Source of the DNA: Podarcis vaucheri
Taxonomy: Eukaryota
NCBI GenBank assembly: GCA_965113315.1
Contig: OZ220374.1
Reading direction: 5' to 3' (one strand)
DNA: 64,000 nucleotides
Position numbers and translations under genes: made by a program. Within the stretch, counting starts at the first letter, position 1. Every line of letters begins with the position of its first letter. Under the pieces are notes generated by a model. The model saw only the letters and a list, made by a program, of their open reading frames with translations, was not told the DNA's origin and did not search any database. Shown here piece after piece: positions 25,263 through 39,322 of the stretch.

Positions 25263-27807
25263 ACTTGGCTTTAAAAAAATTAAAATTGTATATACTCATG
25301 CACGCAAAAACCTGCCATGAATTATTTCAGTGAGCAGGAAACATCCTCACAGATTGTTCACTAACTGCATAAAGACATCTAAGCAACCCTTTAATTACCA
25401 TGCTCCTTTATAAGCAGTCTGTCAATTGAGGTCCTCCACAAATGGCACCTCATGGCACAACAACACAATAGGAACCATTATTTCTTGTCCCAAACCTATT
25501 ACACCTTTCAGCTAGTTTAACAGGTAGCTTTCTTTGACACTGGACTACAAGATCGCCGTTCCTGCAACAAACAATACAGGAGCAAGGCCAACTTTTATAC
25601 ATGTGGACAGAATTGGAGGCTTGAACTCTAAAGTCAATGGAAAGCAGGGGGTTAAGTAAAGCACTTGATTTAATGTGTGGGGGCTTATTGACAAAACACA
25701 TACTGCCCAAAGCTCGATCTTTGCCGAATCTGGAACATTTAAATACAGAATTGGGGGAACAGAGGGTAAATTAAGATTTCCCCCACTTTCTTCTCACTCA
25801 ATGCTGGGTTCTCTAGCAACCGTGGCCAACTTAAAACGGTGGTTAACATCCCCTCGGCTAAATTAACGAAAAATGTCAACAAAGGATCATTAAGACTCTG
25901 TGTTAATGGAACGCTAAAAGGCATTAGGCTTTTCATAACTCACGAGTGGGTGACAGGCATCTTTGGGCATAAAAAAAAAAAGTTGGCAAAGAGACAGTAA
26001 TCTTACGACACCCTTAAACTGTGGGTCCCCCACAGGGAACTTGGTGTGCTACTACCATTCTCTGGAAAAACTTCAGACTCTGCCAAGCCCCGGCAAAACT
26101 CATTTATCTTGTCGTAGAGAGCAGCCGAGCATACACTTCCAGCTGACAGAGTGGCACTTTTTCACCACACACCACTGCCTGATCTGGAACATTCTGCTCC
26201 CTCCGTGGGTCTCAATCAAGGGAAATACTGTAATGCTAGCATTCCTCATTAGGACTAACAGCTGTCTCCCCAGTCACACAGAGACACAAAACTGTTTTGC
26301 ATAACAATCTGCTGAAATTTCACACTCATGGGGGGAAAAAAATATGATGCAGAAAATGGTGGACCATGAAATGCTGATGCGGTGTGCTGTTTGGAACCGC
26401 TTCAAAAAAATTAACACTGCAGTGCCCATTTCACTCACACAGCATGATATTTCAGAGAGGGTTGCCGGTGCATTGTGGGGGGGTGGGGGTGGGGGGTGGA
26501 GAGAGAACCGGATAAATCCATTACATTCTGGGAAGAGGTATGCCCGCTGCAAAATGCTAACGTGTCGAGGCAGAGATTGCAACTGGTTTAAATGGTAGTT
26601 TGTGAATAATTACCATTTCCCTAGCATGAAGTAATCCTTATTTATCAAATGGCAAATGTTAGCAAAGTTAGCCATTCAGAAACGTAATGCTAATGGTGAA
26701 GAATATGTGCAGAAACATTTGGCGGGCGGGCGGGAGAAACATGAGGACGAGCTCTGAGTGGATGTCTAAGAAGCCCAGTGCTTAGGCATCAAGGAACATC
26801 AAAGCTAAGAATGGTAGGGCTTGCTTAAAGTAGGGGGAAAGGAACAATAAGGTATGTTGTACTGGGGCCTGGGGGAAAGTCAGCCTGACCAAGTTGCCAA
26901 CCATCAGAATATATACCCCCACCCCACCCCCAAATCATCGTTAAAATGAATGGGGGCTTTTGAAAACAAGAAGCTCCTATGTAAGTTGGCTATATTCTGT
27001 TATCAAAGGACGCAGTAATGGTGAGGAATGCACAGGGCTATGCCATCGCTGATGAAGCATTCTAGGCAGATTGGTAGATGTGGACACATATGCCCTATAT
27101 CTGACACAGCATATGTAGAGAACCAGTAACACGAGGCCTACTGTCACCTATTCCATGGAAGTGAAATCAGACTGGGTGGGAAGAGATGTGGACCACTGCC
27201 CTGGCCTCCCACTGCTCCAGATCCTTCTGTGGCCAGTTAGGACTGTTAGGTGAATACATGTGTACACGTGTCAAAGCACATCCAAAGCCTTGCTGTTGTT
27301 ATATGCATGGATACAGAGGAAGAAATGGGATTTAAATGTTGAATATCTACCTCCGCATAAATTTAAGCCAAAGGGTTTTCTTTCCAAGAATCTAAGAAAT
27401 GCCAAGGTTCCCAAAGTCTCATTGGGATTTTACTTACAAGCTACTATACCATACAGACCAGGCAACTGTTCAAGATAAACTGAAACATGTATGTGCCATT
27501 AAGGAAAAACACCATTCTTCCCTAACTACTCCTATCACAGAAAAGTCTTAAATATAGATTTTTCACCCCACAGATAAAGATGAGTAACTCACATTTTGTG
27601 GGGAGGTCACTGCTTTCAAACAATAATTCAGTCTTGAGTACACATGCACTTATGTATTAGAGTATTCAGTGAGACCAAGTGATTATACCCAAGATCAGGG
27701 CATCAATCTTGCATTTCTCTACAGTGTACAAGCTTCCTGGCCTACAAACGAATGTTAAAATGTTTGCAGAAGCTTATGTATGAATTTTCCTTTTCAAAGC
27801 AACTAAG

Positions 27808-27896
27808 CCTGCAATCATAACCACACTTAACTGGAAATAAGCCCCACTGAATTCAATAGGACTTACTTCTGATTAGAAATGTTTAGGATTGCAATG
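27808..27896. mobile_element. Short palindromic MITE family. Further copies at about 55833-55922, 56153-56244, 45270-45405, and a related one at 6858-6946.
   Basis: tgcaatc...agccccactgaattcaataggacttacttc...ggattgca recurs in both orientations. Confidence 0.6.
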
Positions 27897-28459
27897 CAAG
27901 TTCTGATTCCAGTTTTGGTTCTTTCTTAGTAAACATGCATTAGTAAGATGTATTTTTGAAAAAAACAAATCTCATTCTGGTACCCTTATTTTCTAGCAAG
28001 AATAAACACAGCTGAATTTTCTTAGCCTTAGTCACACTCTCCCTTGCAAACACCCTCTTCTTATCCAGTGTTGAAAAACTTGCCATGTCAAGCCTTGTTT
28101 TATATTTTAATCCTGAAGTACTACATACACCAGTATCATGTGGAAGTTTCCAACCATCATTTTCTTACATCAAGTGTCACCAAGCCACAGAAGCAAACAT
28201 TTTCTACCTGCACTTAATCCTTCATGCTGATCTTTCTTCTCTAGAGGGAAAAAAATATGTGTTTCTAAAACACACAAATTTAAGCTAAGGCACCCGAAAA
28301 ATCCTACTGAAAAAAACTATGTAACTTAAATTTTTAAAAACTAAACCGCAAACTGCTTTGTTTTATAGTCTACATAGCTAAGCTTCCCATTCTTTATAGA
28401 AACTGCGTATGCCTGAAATGTTAAATATAGTGTTTTTCAGGTTTAAAAACAGAATTAAG

Positions 28460-28473
28460 GCGCCATCTGCTGG
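28460..28473 (-). promoter_or_regulatory. Candidate CTCF site (CCAGCAGATGGCGC)
   Basis: Near-perfect core consensus with the CpG retained; motif only. Confidence 0.55.
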
Positions 28474-30312
28474 AACACATCCAGATTATTCAACACAAAT
28501 TGGTTAACTAATTTTTAACCACAGCTGTAGAAGCATAGCTTGCATCTGTTAATCAAAAGTTTAAAATTTTGCAGTTGCCCACTTGTCTGGGGCAGCAAAC
28601 TTGCCAACCCTATCTTTCAGAACAAAGAAAACTGCACAATTTCACAGAAGAAACTGGATGAAAGCACCTAAGGGTGCCATAGATCACTTAGGTTATTATT
28701 TGTTTAATGTACCAAACGTTTTTTGTGTTTTCTGCTTTTTTACAACAGAAAATATATATGCACACACATTAAAATGGAGTAAATAGGCACAGAATCATCA
28801 GACTGGATCCAAAGAACTGTGAGGAAGCAAAAGCTCCTCTGCAAATACTCAACACTAGGCTTCACAGTGCAACATTGACACAGGCAAGTTCAGCTTCCAC
28901 TTGTGCTAGATTCTTTGTCTTTAGTTTTACTTTTCTACATGAGGGATCTAATCAATTAGAGATATAGCTATATCCAATATATGTAAAAACCGATAGATCT
29001 TTACTATCTAACGGAACTATCCCTTTAGAATCAAGAGATGCATCTTTAATTAAAAGGATGTTCTTTCATTATAAAAACTTTTAAAAGAGTTACAACTAAT
29101 TTCATAAATTCAGTTTGAAAATAGAGACCTATTGAATGTGCTGTATTATTGCACCCTGGAGAGGCTCAAAGACAACTTATGAACCTGTCTTCTATATAGC
29201 ATCTTTGGGTGTGAATCAACTACCACGTAGCACGTAAACATAAGCCAGCTCAGTTGTTACTTGACCCTGGATTCTGCCTGGGATGAGAGCAAGCCTCAAG
29301 TGTACATGTTCCAGCCATCATGGGAGGAAATAACTCAACTAGGCAATCTAGTGTTTATTTCCACCGAAGGTCTTCCTGACCCCAAGAGCTAAATCTTGTT
29401 ACAAAAGTTTTTCAGAGTGCCTACGTACACACTGAGCTGTACAAAATCAAGTGATAACAGATGAAGAGATAGATATACATGAGGATGTACATCTGAATCA
29501 TGAGGATGATGTGTAGGACTTTTCGCTTGTAGACTAACATGACTACTCCCTGTTTAAAGGCAAATTTCTAATTCGTTGATATAGTGGGCTACAGATAAAG
29601 AAGCAGACAGCCATGAACAAAATGGAAGAATGTTGTCTGGAGATAAATGATCACTAAAGTTACTGTCAAACTATTCCTTCGGGCGATACCAAATATCGCT
29701 AGGCTGCCAATCCATAAAAAGTGTTTGTCCTGTATACATCTAGTATCTTGATCATGCATACAATACAAATTGTTTCATCGGTAGCTTCCACTTTACTGGA
29801 ATCACTGGAGGGAATTTTGACGTTACTAGCTCAAAAAATGCGACAAGCTGTGCTTTTCAAGTAGAAATTTCATCTGATCGGGGCAGGGGGGAGAGAACAC
29901 TTTTGGGGCACCGACATAATCACTTGCCTGTAATCACTTGTAGCTTCTAAGGAAACCAACTTTTGAGTCTTTGGTACAAATGTTATTTTCCACCTTCACA
30001 TGCTAAATCTCATTTTTAGCTTGCCACTTCTAGAGAACCTTAAAGAGTTAACCTGGGTGGTTTCTGAAGACAGTACACACAGCGCACAACTCATTACTCT
30101 CACAGTCCCTCTCCCAAGCCATGTAGATAAAATATCCTAGACAGAAAGTTTAAAGCACTGACATTAATAGTCTTCACAGCACACAAAGCCAAAGTAGGCA
30201 ACGCAAGTAGGCTGTTGTAAGAGAGGTGGAGAGCTTTGATAAATTTGAAAGTTAGGCACAAAGACACTTGTTAGCATAAAACTTCATTTCTACTAATGGA
30301 AGTATTCACAAA

Positions 30313-30381
30313 ATTATAGAATTGTAGAGTTGGAAGGGACACTGAGGGTCATCAAGTCCAACCCCCTGCAATGCAGGAATC
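30313..30381 (-). mobile_element. Squam3-like SINE 3' fragment
   Basis: Reverse-complement match to the 9860-9925 tail. Confidence 0.7.
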
Positions 30382-32938
30382 CTACCAACCTGTTAACATA
30401 CTAAGACCTTTTTTATTGAGTATTCTCGATTATGTTTACAGGAATTCCCCTTAGAAGCCACAAAAACTGGAAAACCATGTTTACAATTAAACGGAGCATT
30501 AGAATCCTTGTCACAAGTTCAGGAAAATGCCCTAACCACTGTTGGTTCTTTCAGGTGAAGAGGCTAGGTCTTCAATGGTCTTCTGATTAAAGATCAAGTC
30601 CATGCTCCCCAGAACTTCACCAAAGGTAGACTGGGTCTGAAGAATCAAGGCAAAGAGGACAACTCTCTGTAGGTTCTTAAGGTTCTGTTAAGGAGTCTTC
30701 CGGGACCATATGCTGGTCTCAATCAACAACATTGTCTATAGTGTCCTAAATAATGGTTTGATGCCCACGATCCCCAGCTACCTCAGAACACAAGGGACAT
30801 TTCACTGACACCAAGGATATTATCCTCCTTCCCAGTACTCATGGTGACCCTTGCCAAAGTGTCAAACAGTAAACTGACCCCAGACAGACCTTCCAAATAA
30901 GGGCCAATGCTATGTTTTGACTATCCCAAACTCCACTTTACAGATAACCACTGTACAAATAACTTGTGGGTTGGATATTCAGCACTGATCAGTGGATGCC
31001 TCCCTCACTACAAGCAAAAATCCACATTGGCTAGATGATGTGGCTAACTAAAAAGAAAAAGAAATTATGTATATGGAGATCTGCAGTGTTCCTTACTTAT
31101 GGGTAGACCTGCTAGGAAACTCTAGCACATTTGTGGGATGCTAATAGACTGGTAATAGACAGAAAATTATGAGAGAAAGGGGTTGTTTTTAATGCGTTCA
31201 CCTCTATTTCTTGGTGTCAAAAGTTGCCATTATGGAATTCAATTTGTCCGAAAGGTAATTACAGAGCTAATTACAGTGCTAACAAAGCAGCTTTTTAATT
31301 TAAGCAGCACTAAAAACTACAGTTTGGGGGGGAAAACCTAGCTTTTCATCTAAAGCAGATGCCTAGAAATGTTGACACCTCTCATTCCTTAAACTATTTA
31401 TTATTATTCAGTAAGCTTAAATGCCATACTACAGCAAGGCTGACAGTTTACAGGAACATACAATTATATATTACGTACAAAATAAAAACAATTAACAGGA
31501 ATATGGGACTCTAGCGCATAACCCAATTCAGCTAAAAGCTTGTTGAAACAAAGTGTCCACCTGTCACTTGAAGGTCATTAAGACAGGGGAGTTGGTGAAA
31601 CTTCCTAGAAATATATGTTGGGCACCACCACCAAGAAGGGTCCTGCATGGCCAGGCACCACAGTTCAGATTGCAGAGAGAATTTATCTGGACAATCTGTG
31701 GCAGTTATGGCAGTTGGTACAGTTATGGCACTTAGGAGAACAGTCTTAACAGTCAGAGCAACTTAAGAAACATCCACCTGCACTGTATATTTAATCTGCA
31801 ACTGCAAGCACACTTTAAAAGAGAGTGTGGTTTTTATGGGAGAGAAAAAGAGAACTAGTTAAAGGGTGAAACGGCCCAGGGCTGTCTTCCGCATACTCTC
31901 CAAATGGAAACTAAGCTGTGTAGGGTCAAAAACAGCCCTTTGAACTGAGCCTAAAATCAAAAAGGTAATTACTGTAGATCTTTCAGCACCAGTTCTTTAA
32001 TGCTGCCTGCACAAAGTAATATTCTTGCTACAACTTGTACAGTGCCTGTATAGAAGACCAGTGGGAGACCCAGGCAAGCTCATCTGAACTCTCTAAAGGA
32101 AAAGCAGGACATAAGATTAGTCAATTACTTGTGCTGACCTGTGGCATGCTGAGAGTCAATGGGTGGATCCCACACTTCTAAGGTTTATGCTTCTGAATGT
32201 TACCTCCTTTATGGACTTTGAAGAACACTGCAGGACATGTGATTCTACTGCCTTTACTTCTAGTCTTCCTGCCAACCGCCCCATTGTAAGTGAGCCCTGG
32301 CAACTCACTTGACATTTAACCTCAATCCTTTGTTGCTACTACTGTGAATAATTATTGCAGGGCTTTTGCATGTCATGTGCTCTTTGTTTTGATAGTATCT
32401 TCCAGCTGAAATTTGAGCAGTTCCAACACTTTCCTCTTTTTTATATCTGGGGAGGATCATTATGATCTTCAAAAAAATGTTTTTAATATGCTTATGACTG
32501 CTTGCTACATGGTAACCTGAACCTAAGTCGCAGCACACACTGCAACATTAAGATTGCCACACTATCCCTTGGAAATTGAGTAAGACTCATGTAGATCTGT
32601 CCCCGTTGCCTCTATCTGAGGGACTGCCAAAATCCAAGATAAGCACTCATCAGCAGATTATGGCAGCTGACCTAGGAAAACACCATTTGACCTTTAAAGG
32701 AGTCCAGAAATCCCTACTTCCGCACAAATCTAGGATTGAGTGAGGGGGGGTATATTGAGCAGAATCCTATTTTGATGTTTTATATACTGTATTTTGTTTT
32801 GTAAACTGCTGTGCAATCTTTTGAAATGAAAAGCAGAATATAAATACTTGAAACAAGATCAACTACATATGAGCATCCCTAGTCTCTACTAAACCTTCTG
32901 TTAAATCCTCCTGCTAAAACACTGGATAGGCCCTAGGA

Positions 32939-33076
32939 CAGGAATGGAAAACCTATGGACCTCCAGATGTTGTTCATCTGCAACTGCCATCGTCCATGAC
33001 CACAGGCCATGCTGGCTGAAACTATTAAGATTCACAGTCCAACAACATCTGAAGAGCCATAGATTCCCAAGTTCTG
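32939..33076. mobile_element. Degenerate hAT-like palindromic MITE
   Basis: Arms cagatgttgtt...aacaacatctg. Approximate TSD ccctagga / cgctagaa. Confidence 0.6.
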
Positions 33077-33872
33077 CGCTAGAAGAACAGGGCTGCTCCA
33101 ACATCCCCCAATGGGGATGGCCGCAGGTTCCTCACACCTGTCCTGGGGTGGCAGGACTTTTCCAGCAGCCTTCAAGGTGCAATGGGGGCTGCTGTTGGAA
33201 AACCAGCCCATTGTCTAATGGTGCTATCCTTTTCCATAATGCAGCATAGCTACAATTTTTTAATGCAGCCTCTTGAAGTCTCATTCTCTGCAATAAGAAG
33301 ATGGGTATCTTATCTTAATTCTCCTTGGCACTAACGAAGTTTTAATTGGGGTGGGAGAAAAGAGTTTTGATAAGAGAACATCTCAAAATGATTACTGTTA
33401 AAACCTGAAGAGGTCTGAAAGTATTTGGTACAAGTTCATCCAGATAAACACTGCAAAGAACTGAACAATGGAAGATAGTAGCTCTCTCAGCACACCAGGT
33501 CTGGAACAAATATATATATGAAGGACTACACACATGAACTGGATTTTATATTTATAAGACGTAACACAGGTGCTGTTTGTAAGGAGGAAAAAGCTGGAAG
33601 AAAAAGCTGGAAGAATGGCTTAATGGCAAGTGAAGGATGACAACTGGATACTGAATAAGAAATGATGCAGCTATGGGAAGAAATGATGGACATATGTTTG
33701 CAACAGGAGAGGGAAACCTGATTTTAAGAAACTGCATTAAAGTAATTCGGTTCGATTTGAAATAATTTGGAAAAATAATAAATATAATTATAAAAAAGAA
33801 AAAGTATCTTGTACAAGTAGCCCAGCGCAACCAGCCTCCCGCTTAAAAACTTTAAGAAACTGCTGTCACTTA

Positions 33873-34106
<234 letters not shown>

Positions 34107-34187
34107 TTATGCTTTGGTGGCAAAAAGGTGGGTTAGAATTTTACTACCTACTCCAGATTCCTGGGCCATCATCGCTAACATAGATTA

Positions 34188-34356
34188 CCGTATTTTTCAC
34201 TCTATAACACGCACTCAACCATAACACGCACGTAGTTTTTAGAGGAGGAAAATCCGTAGGCATGCCACCCGTAGGCATTCCCTCCATAACACGCACAGAC
34301 ATTTCCCCTTACTTTTTAGGAGGAAAAAAGTGAGTGTTATGGTGCAAAAAATACGG
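34188..34356. mobile_element. Tc1/mariner (pogo-like) MITE
   Basis: TIRs ccgtatttttcac / gtgcaaaaaatacgg flanked by a TA duplication. Internal ataacacgcac repeats. Confidence 0.85.
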
Positions 34357-35743
34357 TAGACTCTTCGTTTCATCTAAAGGAATGCATTTAAGAGCGTATA
34401 GATCCAAGATTTTACCATTCCTCGGCAATACTGAATACAGTTTACTCTACAAAGATCTGCTAAGCACCAAAACAAAAACAGACAGCCTGACTCCTTGATT
34501 AACCATGCAGAGATAAGAAGGGCCAGGAAGGTACTCTGAATGGGGAAATACCACCTGGCCAACAAGCCGCTAAACTATCTTGGTGTGCCTTTTTCAAAAG
34601 TTCAGGGTTCATGTTTGAGGCATATACACTAGAAAATTCTGCATCTAAAGTAGTGCCTGACTTGTTGAAAAGCTGTGACCAGAAATGTCAGACAAGTTAG
34701 TCTGCTCTTTGCTTGTTGACTTATTTGTGGCTTAGACAAATTGTCGTCAAAGCTGATTTGCAGCAGCTGTTTACATTGACTGAATATAAAATTTAAGGCC
34801 TATGCTTAGAGCTGCAAAATCACAGGGCTGCAAGGAGCCGCAAATCATCTAGTTCATCCCTCTACTTTAGGTACACACTGCAGTTTAATCTCCTACTAAT
34901 TAACACACTACTGCCACATTATAGCTTGCCACTGGCGACAGAGCAGCTGCACACAAGTTATACCATGCCAAGTGCCTACAGACACAAAATAGTTTAGGAA
35001 AAGCAATCTAGATGTCATTGCTCTATAGGGTGAAAGTGGTGAAAAACCCCCGACTAGGTAACTTGGTAATATGACCATATGTAGGAAAGAACCTCTTAAT
35101 TAAAACTGAACCAAATTCCACAAAACTCTTCATTGGGCAGAAACTGGCCCAATAATCATAACCACATTACACGTTTCATTTCTTATGTCTAGTTAATTGA
35201 AGGCTTTGGTTGCACATCTGATGATAATCCATGATATATTAAGCTTCTGTGGCTAGTATAGCAGGTGGAAAATAGCTATAGGAGAAAGCTACATAAGCAG
35301 AATGGCCATCTTGGTCCATGTTTTGTGACAAAGATCTCATTTAAAATTTTTAACTGATATACATTTTGTATGAATAAAGCAACAATCTGGCCACTTCTGC
35401 TTCACATATCTGTTATTAAAGGCAACTAAGCTGTCTGATCACAACAGAAAAGCAACCCCTTTGTAAACAGTTAAACTGCTAGAAATATATTCTACACCCC
35501 CTTGGGAGTCTGTTTTCAGATTGCACACTGACCCTTTGGGAGAAGAGGAACATGGAAGTTCAAAGAAGAAACGGGGCGACACAGAATACAGAGGAATCTC
35601 ACATTCATAATAAACAATGGGGGTTACTCTTCCTTGCCCGGAAGTTTGAATTTCTAAGTGCCACATTAACAGTGGCAGCCTAGAACCCACAATCAGCCTC
35701 TGAAACAAAAGGACAAAAATGAAACTTCTACACAAAGAGGTAC

Positions 35744-35981
35744 CTGTCAGAGAGTGCACCAGTTCAGATGTCTCCACATCATACAGGTTTGCTGTTCTAT
35801 CCCATGAAGCTGTCACAGCTTGCTTCCCTCCAACTAGCCAATCAGCTGCTATGACTACACCTTGGTGGCTTTTTAGGAAAGTTAAAGGAGCCCGGATGGT
35901 GGGACAATCACTAGAACCATCTCCATCTCCTTCAGGTTCATCTTTATCAGAGAACTCAACTTCATCTTCTCCAGACATTTG
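35744..35981 (-). CDS. WDR37: WDR37 coding exon 9 ([15 protein letters not shown]...ELVHSLT, 238 nt)
   Basis: Overlaps ORF 35439..35978; acidic loop plus WD40 repeat. Acceptor AACAG, donor GTACCT. Confidence 0.96.
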
Positions 35982-36287
35982 CTGTTAATTTTGAAAATAT
36001 TTAACATGTATTAAAACTGCTCAAGTTGAAAGTGGCTTCCATGATCCGTAATGCGGGATTAATCTATCACAAACACAAGGGTTTCTGCTATCGGGATTCC
36101 CACTGTGCAATATAATGCCCAAAGCAGGTAATCTGGGAGAGAGCTAGTGAGTCAGATTCCATGAGGCAAAGGATAGCTGAGCTGTTGAGAGTGTCCCTAT
36201 TAGCATAGTCTCAACAACAAAAGAGGAGGAGATACTTAAAGAAGACATGGGATATAGGAAGTAAAGTTCAATGATGAGTGATATTTA

Positions 36288-36631
36288 AAGGTAAAGGGAC
36301 CCCTGAGCATTAGGTCCAGTCGTGACCGATTCTGGGGTTGCGGCGCTCATCTCGGTTTATTGGCCGAGGGAGCCAGCATACAGCTTCCAGGTCATGTGGC
36401 CAGCATGACTAAGCTGCTTCTGGCGAACCAGAGCAGCACATGGAAACACCGTTTACCTTCCCGCCGGAGCGGTACCTATTTATCTACTTGCACTTTGATG
36501 TGCTTTCGAACTGCTAGGTTGACAGGGACCAAGCAACAGGAGTTCACCCCGTCGCGGGGATTCGAACTGCCCACCTTCTGATCTGCAAGTCCTAGGCTCT
36601 GTGGTTTAACCCACAGCGCCACCCACGTCCC
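36288..36631 (-). mobile_element. Sauria SINE (Squam1), full length
   Basis: tRNA head gggacgtgggtggcgctgtggg and (acctt)-type tail. 12-bp TSD gagtgatattta at 36276-36287 and 36634-36645. Confidence 0.92.
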
Positions 36632-37310
36632 TCGAGTGATATTTACTCCCACGTAAATAAATGAAAATATTCTCTCTTTTCAGATTGTCAATTTGTTTGG
36701 GGCCTTTTGAGATAAATTTGCACAACAGCAGTAGGGTTTTTTAAAATGTCTTCTGAAGTAGGTATGAGGAAGCTGTGGCCCTCTTGGTGTTGTCAACATA
36801 TTTTCCTTGAAGATCTTATGCAAATCTTGATTAAACATTGTTTTCATACAGTCATGCCCTGCAGTAGTATAGTGATGGGCATGTCCACCTCTGCTGCATG
36901 AGAAACTGACTGCAAGCAACATAGATGGTGGATGAACTACAGAGTGGCTGTGAATGCTAAGGGAGCATTATCAACAGTGCCTGTTAGTAGGGTTAACGCC
37001 GAGTTTCTAGTGGCAGAGATAACATGCCAACTAGCTTCCACTGAAGCTATCATTAACAGCCACCTGAGCAGAGCTGCAGGGTGAGGCCAAAGGACTTTAT
37101 GACACAGTCCACCTAGACGATGGTGCACCAAAAACATGTAACAGCAGTGGAAAATGTAATCAGCAAAATGCTAAGTGGGGAAAAAATAATCACAAATTGT
37201 TTTAAAAGGTGCATATTCTCAAATAGATTAATATACTATTGCAAAGTTTTAAAATGCAGCATAAAACTTTTCTTCAATATCCAGCATCAAATTGGAGTTA
37301 AATCACTTAC

Positions 37311-37387
37311 ATTACAGTCTGCGGTAGGCTGAGGTGTGGGCAACTGCACCATGTACCTCCAGATATGAGCTGTCTGATCTCCTGAAG
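37311..37387 (-). CDS. WDR37: WDR37 coding exon 8 ([26 protein letters not shown], 77 nt)
   Basis: Translated by hand. Acceptor CTGCAG, donor GTAAGT. Confidence 0.96.
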
Positions 37388-37458
37388 CTGCAGAGAAAGT
37401 TGAAAGAATATGGAAATATAGTAGATAATTCAGATGTCACACTCCCGATACTCTAAAC

Positions 37459-37596
37459 TAGCCTTTCTCAACCTGTGGGTCCCCAGATGTTATTGAACTA
37501 CAACTCCCATCACCCCTAGCTAGCAAGGCCAGAGCTCAGGGATGATGGGAGTTGTAGTCCAACAACATCTGGGGACCCAAAGGTTGAGAACCGCTG
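37459..37596. mobile_element. Palindromic hAT (Charlie-like) MITE
   Basis: Long inverted arms; perfect 8-bp TSD ctctaaac. Confidence 0.88.
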
Positions 37597-38119
37597 CTCT
37601 AAACTATGGTACAGAGGATTTGGAACAAGTTGTGAGTTAGAGTGCTTCCTGTCCCACCAGTCTCCTTTCCTTTTCTGCAGTCCTTGATGCAAAACCTCTT
37701 GGTTTCCTCAAACCATGGTTTACCCTAATGTATGAACAGGCAAACAGTTTTAAGCAATCTCTCCAAACTGAAGTTTTAAACAATGGTTTGATCCTAGTTT
37801 ACAAAACTGGCTTGCTCAAACTATAATTTGCTGGTTTGCACATCAAGGTCAAATGGTGTTTGAGGAACCCAGGTAAGAGGTGGGAGAAGGAAAGTTTGAA
37901 CTTGTTCTCACTGCTTCAAACCAAAGAGGATCAGTGTTAAGGTCATTGCATTTTTACCATTTTGGCTCAAATGCCTAAGTTACTTATGCATAAATAATAC
38001 TTACTTTTGAACAAATACTGCTGCTGACCACTTAGTTAACATTCAGCCTAAATTAAATGTTTCATTATTTGGGGACTATACAATGTTCAATTAAGCAAAG
38101 AGAATGAAGCCAGCATGTT

Positions 38120-38126
<7 letters not shown>

Positions 38127-38154
<28 letters not shown>
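38127..38154. repeat. (CA)n microsatellite
   Basis: Seen directly. Confidence 0.95.
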
Positions 38155-38155
<1 letters not shown>

Positions 38156-38824
38156 TTTAACATCTAGTCATACATATAAATAATTTGCACTTATTGAGAG
38201 GATTTTTTGGTAAACCACTTGGAAGTTTTATTTACAGTTAAGAGGCTATACAAGTTTTATATAAACAAACAAATAAACATTCACCCCCTCCTCAGTATCA
38301 GTCTTTCTTGCTGCTGCATCCCAATGCAAGTTTTAATGTGTGTGCAAGTTCAGGAAAGCTTCCAACATCCCTTCCCTCCCTCCTTAATGGCATTGTAAAC
38401 AATTTTATGTCGTCTATGTGGTCAAGAAATAATTGCATCACTCCCTAGGAGGTAGGGTACGGGATGACCTGTAAATGCCTATAATACACACAGATTACAG
38501 AATTTTCCTTTTTGACCCCAAAGTTAATTACCTTTAAGTCAACAGATAAAACTGCAAGCACCCCATCTCTCATACACAGGCTTATTTAAATAGAGCATGG
38601 CCAAAGAAAAGAGAAATAAAACCTTTTTAAGGTGAGTGAGTCAGGACAACAGAAGCTCTGGAGAAGATGCTCAGAAGTAGAGCACACATTTTTATTCCCA
38701 GGTACAATCTCAGACATCTCCAAGCAGGATGGGGAAAAATTTCTGTTTGTAACCCAGAGAGCCAACGATATTCCATGCAGAGTAGACAACAATGAGTTAG
38801 GTGAACTGATGAAGCGGAATGGAG

Positions 38825-39125
38825 GGGGGATTCGGTAAAGACAATACATCTTCACATGGCACAAAGCTAAACTGTGGGATTCGCTGCAATGAGACATGGT
38901 GACAGCCACCAAGTTAGATGGCTTTAAAGGGAATTAGACAAATTCATGGAGGACCAGGCCATCAATAGCTAATAGTCATGATAGCTATATGCTACCTACA
39001 AAATCACAAGCACTGGAAAGGGCTATTGTCCTCATGCCCCACTTGTGGGCTTCCCGGCACTCTGGGAACAAGCTACTGGGTTAAATAGGCCTTTAGTGTT
39101 ATCCAACAGGGCTGCTCTTAGGATG
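38825..39125 (+). mobile_element. CR1 LINE 3' fragment
   Basis: gatggctttaaagggaattagacaaattcatggagga and a CR1-type 3' tail. Confidence 0.75.
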
Positions 39126-39277
39126 TGAATAGTCCGACTTGGTATTAGGCAGCTTCCTATACAGTACTAACCTGACAGAGGTAATCAGCAAACACACACA
39201 TGAAGCAAGTGGTAAACGACTATTCATTCCTAAGGGTATTGTGAATATTATTCTGTGAGCCCAAGATAATTACATAC

Positions 39278-39322
39278 CTGTAAGAGCCACTTGTTCCGTC
39301 GGATGAAACTTTATGGAATTTA
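39278..39322 (-). CDS. WDR37: WDR37 coding exon 7 (VNSIKFHPTEQVALT, 45 nt)
   Basis: Translated by hand. Acceptor AACAG, donor GTATGT. Confidence 0.96.

Noticed and set aside
36360-36581. Two similar ORFs (36360-36581 and 59786-60148) that look like paralogous peptides
   Set aside because: Both are antisense readings of Sauria SINE copies.
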